Assembly: GCA_043228905.1 (NCBI GenBank)
Contig: JBHGNT010000061.1
Location: 1 to 64,000, forward strand
Length of the DNA: 64,000 bases
Direction: 5' to 3'
Origin: Azolla caroliniana
Lineage: Eukaryota > Plantae > Polypodiophyta
Shown: positions 53,682 through 64,000 of the stretch, piece by piece
Position numbering within the stretch: position 1 is the stretch's first letter
Layout of the letters: every line of letters starts with the position of its first letter
The notes under the pieces: model-generated
Database searches by the model: none
What the model saw: only the letters and a program-made list of their open reading frames with translations
What the model was told of the DNA's origin: nothing
Program-made: the position numbers and the translations under genes

Positions 53682-56600
53682 GTGGGTAAATTAAAATGTT
53701 CATACCTGGCTCCTGTGATATCGGATTTTAGTGTTCAATCATGCGAATGGAAGCTAACAACGCTAGCTATGATATAGAATAAAAAAATGAAGATATTGAA
53801 ACTGTGATCGAGAGACAAGACGAAGTTAACAAAAATAAGGAGGGAGTTGAGAAGAGCGCGTGAGTAAATTAAAATGTTCATCCCTGGCTCGTGTGATATT
53901 GGATTTTAGTGTTGAATCATGCGAATCCAGGCTAACAATGCTAGCTATGATATGGAACTAAAAATCAAGATGTTGAAACTCAGGTCGAGAGACATAACGA
54001 AATTAGCAAATTTGAGGAGGGAGTTGAGAAGAGGCCGTTCGGAAATGAACATGTTCATACCCGGCTCGTGTGATATCGGATTTTTGTGTCCAATCATGCG
54101 AATCGAAGCTAACAACGCTAGCTATGATATAGAATAAAAAAATCAAGATTTTGAAACTCACGTCGAGGGACATGACGAAATTAGCAAATTTCAGGAGGGA
54201 GTTGAGAAGAGCCCGTTCGGAAATGAAAATGTTCATACCTGGCTCGTGTGATATTGGATTTTTGTGTTCAAACATGCGAATCGAAGCTAACAACGCTAGC
54301 TATGATATGGATTTAGAAAATAAAAATTCTGAAAATCAGGTCGAGAGACATGAAGAAATTACCAAGTTAGAGGAGGGAGTTGAGAAGAGCTCGTGAGTAA
54401 ATTAAAATGTTCATACCTGGCTCGTGTGATATCGGATTTTAGTGTTCAAAGATGCGAATCGAAGCTAACAACGCTACCTATCATATGGAATTAAAAAATC
54501 AAGATTGTGACACTCAGGTCGAGAGACATGAAGAAATTACCAAGTTAGAGGAGGTAGTTGAGAAGAGCCCGTAAGTAAATTAAAATGTTCATACCTGGCT
54601 CGTGTGATATCAGATTTTGAAACTCAGGTCGACAGACATGAAGAAATTACCAAATTTGAGGAAGGAGTTAAGAAGAGCGCGTGAGTAAATTAAAATGTTC
54701 ATACCTGGCCCATGTGATATCGGATTTTAGTGTTCAAAGATGCGACTCGAAGCTAACAACGATACCTGTAATATGGAATTAAAAAATCAATATTCTGAAA
54801 CTCAGGTCGAGAGACATGAAGAAATTGGAAAGTTAGAGATACCTGGCCCATTTGATATCGGATTTTAGTGTTTAAATATGCGAATAGAAGCTAACAACGC
54901 TAGCTATGATATGGAATTAAAATATCAAGGTTTTGTAACTCAGGTCGACAGACATGAAGAAATTACCAAATTTGAGGAGGGATTTAAGAAGAGCGAGTGA
55001 GTAAATTAAAATGTTCATACTTGGCCCATGTGATATCGGATTTTAGTGTTCAAAGATGCGAATCGAAGCTAACAAGGCTACCTATAATATGGTATTAAAA
55101 CATCAAGATTTTGAAACTCAGGTCGTCTGATATGATATGGATTTAGAAAATCAAGATTTTGAAACTCAGGTCGAGAGACATGAAGAAAGTACCAAGTTAG
55201 AGGAGGGAGTTCAAAAGAGCTCATGAGTAAATTAAAATGTTCATACTTGGCTCGTGTGATATTGGATTTTAGTGTTCAAAGATGCGAATCGAAGCAAACA
55301 ACGCTACCTATAATATGGAATTAAAAAATCAAGATTGTGACACTCAGGTCGAGAGACATGAAGAAATTACCAAGTTAGAGGAGGGACTTGAGAAGAACCC
55401 GTGAGTAAATTAAAATGTTCATACCTGGCTCGTGTGATATCGGATTTTTGTGTTCAAACATGCGGATCGAAGCTAACAACCCTAACTATGATATGGAATT
55501 AAAAAATCAAGATTTTGAAACTCAGGTGGAGAGACATGACGAAGTTAGCAAATTTGAGGAGGGAGTTGAGAAGAGCCTGTGAGTAAATTAAAATGTTCAT
55601 ACCTGGCTCGTGTGATATCGGATTTTAGTGTTCAATCATGCGAATGGAAGCTAACAACGTTAGCTATGATATAGAATAAAAAAATCAAGATTTTGAAACT
55701 CAGGTCGAGAGACAAGACGAAGATAACAAAAATAAGGAGGGAGTTGAGAAGAGCCCGTGAGTAAATTAAAATGTTCATCCCTGGCTCGTGTGATATCGGA
55801 TTTCAGTGTTTAATAATGCGAATCGAGGCTAACAACGCTAGCTATGATATGGAATTAAAAAATCAAGATTTTGAAACTCAAGTCGAGAGACATGACGAAA
55901 CTAGCAAATTTGAGGAGGGAGTTGAGACGAGGCCGTTCGGAAATGAAAATGTTCATACCTGGCTCGTGTGATATCGGATTTTTGTGTCCAATCATGCGAA
56001 TCGAAGCTAACAACGTAGCTATGATATAGAATAAAAAAATCAAGATTTTGAAACTCAGGTCGAGGGACATGACGAAATTAGAAAATTTGAGGAGGGAGTT
56101 GAGACATGACGAAATGAGTGAATTAAAATCTTCATACCTAGCCCGTGTGATATCGGATTTTCGTGTTCAATCAAGCGAATCGAAGCTAACAACGTTATCT
56201 ATGATATGGAATTAAAAAATCAAGATTTTAAAACTCAGGTCGAGAGACATGACGAAATTAGCAAATTTGAGGACGGAGTTGAGAAGAGCGCGTGAGTAAA
56301 TGAAAATGTTCATACCTGGCTCGTGTTATATCGGATTTTTGTGTTCAAACATGCGAATCGAAGCTAACAATGCTAGCTATGATATCGAATTAAAAAATCA
56401 AGATTTTGAAACTCAGGTGAGAGACATGATGAAATTTGCATATTTGAGGAGGTGTGATATCGGATTTAAGTGTTCAAACATGCGAATAGAAGCTAACAAC
56501 CCTAACTATGATTTGGAATTAAAAAATCAAGATTTTAAAACTCAGGTGGAGAGACATGACGAAATTAGCAAATTTGAGGAGGGAGTTGAGAAGAGCCCGT

Positions 56601-59600
56601 GAGTAAATTAATATGTTCATACCTGGCTCGTGTGATATCGGATTTTAGTGTTCAATCATGCTAATGGAAGCTAACAATGCTAGCTATGCTATGGAATTAA
56701 AAAATCATGATTTTGAAACTCAGGTCGAGAGACATGATGAAATTAGCAAATTTGAGGAGGGAGTTGAGAAGAGCCCGTGAGTAAATTAAAATGTTCATAC
56801 CTGGCTCGTGTGATATCGGATTTTTGTGTCCAATCATGCGAATCGAAGCTAACAACGCTAGCTATGATATAGAACAAAAAAACCAAGATTTTGAAACTCA
56901 GATCGAGAGACATGACGAAATTAGGATAAATGAGGAGGGAGATGAGAAGAGGCCGTGACTAAACTAAAAATGTTCATGCCTGGCTCGTGTGATATCGGAT
57001 TTTAGTGTTCAAACATGCGAATCGAGGCTAACAACGCTAGCTATGATATGGAATTAAAAAATCAAGATTTTGAAACTCACGTCGAGGGACATGACGAAAT
57101 TAGTAAATTTGAGGAGGGAGTTGAGAAGAGCGCGTGAGTAAATTAAAATCTTCATACCTAGCCCGTGTGATATCGGATTTTAGTGTTCAATCATGCGAAT
57201 CAAAGCTAACAACGCTATCTATGATATGGAATCAAAAAATCAAGATTTTGAAACTCAGGTCGAGAGACATGACGAAATTAGCAAATTTGAGGAGGGAGTT
57301 GAGAAGAGGCAGTCCGGAAATGAAAATGTTCATACCTGGCTCGTGTGAGATCGGATTTTTGTGTTCAAACATGCGAATCGAGGCTAACAACCCTAGCTAT
57401 GATATAGAATTAAAAAATGAAGGTTTTGAAACTCAGGTCGAGAGACATGACGAAATTAGCAAATTTCAGGAGGGTGTTGAGAAGAGCCCGTTTGGAAATG
57501 AAAATGTTCATACCTGGCTCGTGTAATATTGGATTTTTGTGTTCAAACATTCGAATCGAAGCTAACAACGCTAGCTATGATATGGATTTAGAAAATCAAG
57601 ATTTTGAAACTCAGGTAGAGAGACATGACGAAATTAGCAAATTTGAGGAGGGAGTTGAGAAGAGCGCGTGGGTAGATTAAAATGTTCATACCTGGCTCGT
57701 GTGATATCGGATTTTAGTGTTCAAACATGCGGATCGAAGCTAACAACCCTAACTATGATATGGAATTAAAAAATCAAGATTTTGAAACTCAGGTAGAGAG
57801 ACATGACGAAGTTAGCAAATTTGAGGAGGGAGTTGAGAAGAGCCCGTGAGTAAATTAAAATGTTCATACCTGGCTCGTGTGATATCGGATTTTAGTGTTC
57901 AATCATGCGAATGGAAGCTAACAACGCTAGCTATGATATAGAATAAAAAAAGCAAGATATTGAAACTCAGGTCGAGAGACAAGACGAAGTTAACAAAAAT
58001 AAGGAGGGAGTTGAGAAAAGCTCGTGAGTAAATTAAAATGTTCATCCCTGGCTCGTGTGATATCGGATTTTAGTGTTGAATCATGCGAATCGAGCCTAAC
58101 AATGCTAGCTATGATATGGAATTAAAAAATCAAGATTTTGAAACTCAGGTCGAGAGACATTACGAAATTAGCAAATTTGAGGAGGGAGTTGAGAAGAAAC
58201 CGTTCGGAAATGAAACTGTTCATACCCGGCTCGTGTGATATCGGATTTTTGTGTCCAATCATGCGAATCGAAGCTAACAACGCTAGCTATGATATAGAAT
58301 AAAAAAATCAAGATTTTGAAACTCACGTCGAGGGACATGACGAAATTAATAAATTTGAGGAGGGAGTTGAGAAGAGCCCGTTCGGAAATGAAAATGTTCA
58401 TACCTGGCTCGTGTGATATTGGATTTTTGTGTTCAAACATGCGAATCGAAGCTAACAACGCTAGCTCTGATATGGATTTAGAAAATCAAAATTCTGAAAA
58501 TCAGGTCGAGAGACATGAAGAAATTACCAAGTTAGAGGAGGGAGTTGAGAAGAGCTCGTGAGTAAATTAAAATGTTCATACCTGGCCCATGTGATATCGG
58601 ATTTTAGTGTTAAAATATGCGAATCGAAGCTAACAACGCTAGCTATGATGTGGAATTAAAATATCAAGATTTTGTAACTCAGGTCGACAGACATGAAGAA
58701 ATTACCAAATTTGAGGAGGGAGTTAAGAAGAGCGATTGAGTAAATTAAAATGTTCATACTTGGCCCATGTGATATCGGATTTTAGTGTTCAAAGATGCGA
58801 ATCGAAGCTCACACTGCTACCTATAATATGGTATTAAAACATCAAGATTTTGAAACTCAGGTCGACAGACATGAAGAAATTACCAAATTTGAGGAAGGAG
58901 TTAAGAAGAGCGCGTGAGTAAATTAAAATGTTCATACCTGGCCCATGTGATATCGGATTTTAGTGTTCAAAGATGCGAATCGAAGCTAACAACGCTAGCT
59001 ATAATATGGTATTAAAAAATCAGGATTTTGAAACTCAGGTCGACAGACATGAAGAAATTACCAAATTTGAGGAAGGGAGTTAAGAAGAGCGCGTGAGTAA
59101 ATTAAAATGTTCCTACCTGGCCCATGTGATATCGGATTTTAGTGTTTAAATATGCGAATCGAACCTAACAACGCTAGCAATGATATGGAATTACAAAATC
59201 AAGATTTTGAAACTTAAATCGACAGACATGAAAAATTTCTAAGTTAGAGGAGGGAGTTGAGAAGAGCTGGTTAGTAAATTAAAATGTTCATACCTGGCTC
59301 GTGTTATATCGGATTTTAGTGTTCAAAGATGCGAATCGAAGCTAACATTGCTACCTATAATATGGAATAAAAAAATCAAAATTGTGACACTCAGGTCGAG
59401 AGACATGAAGAAATTACAAAGTTAGAGGAGGAACTTGAGAAGAACCCATGAGTAAATTAAAATGTTCATACGTGGCTCGTGTGATATCAGATTTTTGTGT
59501 TCAAACATGCGAATCGAAGCTAACAACAATAGATATGATATGGAATTAAAAAATCAAGATATGGAAACTCAGATCGACAGACATGAAGAAATTACCAAAT

Positions 59601-62600
59601 TTGAGGATGGAGTTGAGAAGAGCGCGTGAGTAAATTAAAATATTCATACCTGGCTCGTGTGATATCGGATTTTTGTGTTCAAACATGCGAATCGAAGCTA
59701 ACAACGCTAGCTATGATATGGATTTAGAAAATCAAGATTTTGAAACTCAGGTCGAGAGACATGAAGAAATTACCAAATTTGAGGAGGGAGTTGAGAAAAG
59801 CGCGTGAGTAAATTAAAATGTTCATACGTGGCTTGTGTGATCCCGGATTTTTGTTTTCAAACATGCGAATCGAAGCTAACAACACTAGATATGATATGGA
59901 ATTAAAATATCAAGATTTTGAAACTCCGGTCGAGAGACATGACGAAATTACCGAATTTGAGGAGGGAGTTGAGAAGAGCGTGTGGGTAAATTAAAATGTT
60001 AATACCTGGCTCGTGTGATATCGGATTTTACTGTTCAATCATGCGAATCGAAGCTAACAACGCTAGCTATGATATCGATTTAGAAAATCAAGATTTTGAA
60101 ACTCAGCTACAGAGACATGAGGAAATTAGCAAATTTGAGGAGGGACTTGAGAAGAGCGTGTGGGTAAATTAAAATGTTCATACCTGGCTCGTGTGATATC
60201 CGATTTTAGTGTTCAAACATGCGAATCGAAGCTAACAACCCTAACTATGAGATGGAATTAAAAAATCAAGATTTTGAAACTCAGGTGGAGAGACATGACG
60301 AAAGTAGCAAATTTGAGGAGGGAGTTGAGAAGAGCACGTGAGTAAATTAAAATGTTCATCCCTGGCTCGTGTGATATCGGTTTTGAGTGTTCAATCATGC
60401 TAATGGAAGCTAACAACGCTAGCTATGATATGGAATTAAAAAATCAAGATTTTGAAACTCAAGTCAAGAGACATGACGAAATTAGCAAATATGAGGAGGG
60501 AGTTGAGAAGAGGCCGTTCGGAAATGAAAATGTTTATACCTAGCCCGTCTGATATTGGTTTCTTGTGTTCAAACATGCGAATCGAGGCTAACAACGCTAG
60601 TTATGATATAGAATTAAAAAATCAAGATTTTGAAACTCTGGTCGAGAGACATGACGAAATTATCAAATTTGAGGAGGGAGTTGAGAAGAGCGTGTGGGTA
60701 AATTAAAATGTTCATACCTGGCTCGTGTGATATCGGATTTTTGTGTTGAAACATTGGAATCGAAGCTAACAACGCTAGATATGATATGGAATTAAAAAAT
60801 CAAGATTTTGAAACTCAGGTCGAGAGACATGATGAAATTACCAAATTTGAGGAGGGAGTTGAGAAGAGCGCGTGAGTAAATTAAAATGTTCATACGTGGA
60901 TCGTATGATATCGGATTTTTGTGTTCAAACATTGGAATCGAAGCTAACAACGCTAGCTATGATATGGAATCGAAAAATCAAAATTTTGAAACTCAGGTCG
61001 GGAGACATGAAGAAATTACCAAATTTGAGGAGGGAGTTGAGAAGAGCGCGTGAGTAAATTAAAATGTTCATACCTAGCTCGTGTGATATCGGATTTTTGT
61101 GTTCCAACATTGGAATCGAAGCTAACAACGCTAGATATGATATGGAATTAAAAAATCAAGATTTTGAAACTCAGGTCGAGAGACATGATGAAATTACCAA
61201 ATTTGAGGAGGGAGTTGAGAAGAGCGCGTGAGTAAATTAAAATGTTCATACGTGGCTCGTATGATATCGGATTTTTGTGTTCAAACATTGGAATCGAAGT
61301 TAACAATGCTAGCTATGATATGGAATCAAAAAATCAAGATTTTGAAACTCAGGTCGAGAGACATGAAGAAATCGGCAAGTTAGAGGAGGGAGTTGAGAAG
61401 AGCGCACGAGTAAATTAAAATGTTCATACCTGGCCCATGTGATATCGGATTTTAGTGTTTAAATATGTGAATCATAGCTATAACAACGCTACCTATAATA
61501 TGCAATTAAAAAATCGAGATTTTGAAACTCAGGTCGAGAGACATGAAGAAATTACCAAATTTGAGGAAGGAGCTAAGAAGAGCCCCCGAGTAAATTAAAA
61601 TGTTCATACCTAAGTCGTTTGATATCGGATATTTGTGTTCAAACAATTGAATCGAAGCTAACAACGTTAGCTATGATATGGAATTACAAAATCAAGATTC
61701 TTAAGCTCAGATCGACCGACATGGAGAAATTACCAAATTTGAGGAGGGAGTTGAGAAGAGAGCGTGAGTAAAGTAAACTGTTCATACGTGGCTCGTGTGA
61801 TATCGGATTTTTGTGTGCAAACAATGGAATCGAAGCTAACAACACTAGATATAATATGGAATTAAAAAATGAAGATTTTGAAACTCAGGTTGAGAGACAT
61901 GAAGAAATTACCAAATTTGAGGAGGGAGTTGAGAAGAGCGCGTGAGTAAATTAAAATGTTCATACCTGGCTCGTGTGATATCGGATTTTTGTGTTCAAAC
62001 ATTGGAATCGAAGTTAACAATGCTAGCTATGATATGGAATCAAAAAATCAAGATTTTGAAACTCAGGTCGAGAGACATGAAGAAATCGGCAAGTTAGAGG
62101 AGGGAGTTGAGAAGAGCGCACGAGTAAATTAAAATGTTCATACCTGGCCCATGTGATATCGGATTTTAGTGTTTAAATATGTGAATCATAGCTATAACAA
62201 CGCTACCTATAATATGCAATTAAAAAATCGAGATTTTGAAACTCAGGTCGAGAGACATGAAGAAATTACCAAATTTGAGGAAGGAGTTAAGAAGAGCCCC
62301 CGAGTAAATTAAAATGTTCATACCTAAGTCGTTTGATATCGGATATTTGTGTTCAAACAATTGAATCGAAGCTAACAACGTTAGCTATGATATGGAATTA
62401 CAAAATCAAGATTCTTAAGCTCAGATCGACCGACATGGAGAAATTACCAAATTTGAGGAGGGAGTTGAGAAGAGAGCGTGAGTAAAGTAAACTGTTCATA
62501 CGTGGCTCGTGTGATATCGGATTTTTGTGTGCAAACAATGGAATCGAAGCTAACAACACTAGATATAATATGGAATTAAAAAATGAAGATTTTGAAACTC

Positions 62601-63740
62601 AGGTTGAGAGACATGAAGAAATTACCAAATTTGAGGAGGGAGTTGAGAAGAGCGCGTGAGTAAATTAAAATGTTCATACCTGGCTCGTGTGATATCGGAT
62701 TTTTGTGTTCAAACATTGGAATCGAAGCTAACAACACTAGCTATGATATAGAATCAAAAAATCAAAATTTTGAAACTCAGGTCGAGAGACATGAAGAAAT
62801 TGGCAAGTTAGAGAAGGGAGTTGAGAAGAATGCGTAAGTAAATTAAAATGTTCATACCTAGCCCATGTGATATCGGATTTTAGTGTTCAAAGATGCGAAT
62901 CGAAGCTAACAACGCTACCTATAATATGGTATTAAAAAATCAAGATTTTGAAACTCAGGTCGACAGACCTAAAGAAATTACCAAATTTGAGGAAGAAGTT
63001 AACAAGAGCGCGTGAGTAAATTAAAATGTTCATACCTGGCCCATGTGATATCGGATTTTAGTGTTCAAAGATGCGAATCGAAGCTAACAACGCTACCTAT
63101 AATATAGGATTAAAAAATCGAGATTTTGAAACTCAGGTCGAGAGACATGAAGAAATTACCAAATTTGAAGAGGGAGTTGAGAAGAGCGCGTGAGTAAATT
63201 AAAATGTTCATACCTGGCTCGTGTGATATTGGATTTTTGTGTTCAAAGATGCGATTCGAAGCAAACAACGCTACCTATAATATGGAATTAAGAAATCAAG
63301 ATTTTGAAACTCTGGTCGCGAGACATTATGAAATTACCAAATTTGAGGAGGGAGTTGAGAAGAGTTGAGAGGAGTAAATTAAAATGTTCATACCTGCCTC
63401 GTGTGATCCCGGATTTTTGTGTTCAAACATGCGAATCGAAGCTATGATATAGAATTAAAAAATCAAGATTTTGAAACTCAGATCGACAAACATGAAGAAA
63501 TTACCAAATTTGAGGAGGGCGTTGAGAAGAGCGCGTGATTAAATTAAAATGTTCATACCTGGCTCGTGTGATCCCGGATTTTTGTGTTCAAACATGCGAT
63601 TCGAAGCTAACAACAGTACCTATGATATAGAATCAAAAAATACAGATTTTGAAACTCAGGTCGAGAGACATGAAGAAATTGGCAAGTTAGAAGAGGGAGT
63701 TGAGAAGAGCCCGTAAGTAAATTAAAATGTTCATACCTGG
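53682..63740 (+). repeat. Copy B of the ~10-kb segmental duplication
   Basis: Starts at the shared GGCTCCTGTG variant (~39081/~53708). Shares junctions at 39985/54612, 40538/55125, 41516/56103 and 41855/56451. Confidence 0.9.
61262..62700 (+). repeat. Recent 4-monomer (714 bp) tandem duplication
   Basis: ATCGGCAAGTTAG occurs at 61371 and 62085 (offset 714), and CCTAAGTCGTTTGATATCGGATATTTG occurs twice. Copy A has this block once (~47560-48230). Confidence 0.9.
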
Positions 63741-64000
63741 CCCATGTGATCCCGGATTTTAGTGTTCAAACATGCGAATCGATGTTAACAACGCTAGGTA
63801 TGATATAGAATTAAAAAATCAAGATTTTGAAACTCAGGTCGAGAGACATGAAGAAATTACCAAATTTGAGGAGGGAGTTGAGAAGAGCGCGTGAGTAAAT
63901 TAAAATGTTCATACCTGCCTTGTGTGATATTGGATTTTTGTGTTCAAAGATGGGAATCGAAGCTAACAACGCTACCTATAATATGGACTTAAGAAATCGA

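Larger units (their letters stand above)
1..64000 (+). repeat. Tandem satellite array of 178-bp monomers (~360 copies, single orientation), likely centromeric/pericentromeric or heterochromatic
   Basis: ATACCTGG recurs at 1, 179, 357, 535 (period 178), and the same monomer continues to the window end. No unique sequence was seen. The centromeric role is inferred only from the nucleosome-sized monomer and the HOR organisation. Confidence 0.98.

Noticed and set aside
345-61128. About 130 short ORFs (60-130 aa) with repeated peptides such as MKMFIPGSCDIGFLCSNMRIEANN
   Set aside because: They are translations of the satellite. 178 is not a multiple of 3, so frames shift each monomer and stops appear or vanish with monomer SNPs. 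I recognise no protein domain or gene structure.
1-64000. CRISPR array or integron-like repeat/cassette system
   Set aside because: There are no unique spacers or cassettes, since the entire 178 bp is repeated, and no cas or integrase genes are present.
1-64000. 5S rDNA, tRNA or snRNA tandem gene array
   Set aside because: No recognisable 5S, tRNA or snRNA sequence is present, and variation and indels fall across the whole unit with no conserved gene core.
1-64000. Embedded transposon/LTR insertions, inversions or telomeric repeats
   Set aside because: None seen on reading. Every irregular stretch resolves into same-strand monomer fragments, although a very short foreign or inverted insert could have been missed.

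Overview
The whole 64-kb window is one uninterrupted head-to-tail array of a 178-bp satellite (about 360 monomers, all in one orientation). My hand-derived consensus is ATACCTGGCTCGTGTGATATCGGATTTTTGTGTTCAAACATGCGAATCGAAGCTAACAACGCTAGCTATGATATGGAATTAAAAAATCAAGATTTTGAAACTCAGGTCGAGAGACATGACGAAATTAGCAAATTTGAGGAGGGAGTTGAGAAGAGCGCGTGAGTAAATTAAAATGTTC, about 38% GC. This looks like eukaryotic centromeric, pericentromeric or other heterochromatic satellite DNA. I cannot assign the species or family, and it does not resemble Arabidopsis CEN178 or Brassica CentBr as I recall them. I see no genes, RNA genes, transposons or CRISPR arrays, and every listed ORF is a by-product of the repeat. The interest lies in the array architecture. 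(1) Nested higher-order repeats (7-, 8-, 10- and 20-mers) and dispersed block copies are present, including a ~10-kb internal duplication. (2) A homogeneous left domain (to ~29.8 kb) gives way to a more diverged right domain. (3) Many aberrant monomers carry microhomology-flanked deletions or short locally templated insertions, a pattern resembling end-joining or template-switch repair, and some were later amplified into subfamilies. Offsets were read by eye from the sequence and the ORF track, so block boundaries are approximate.
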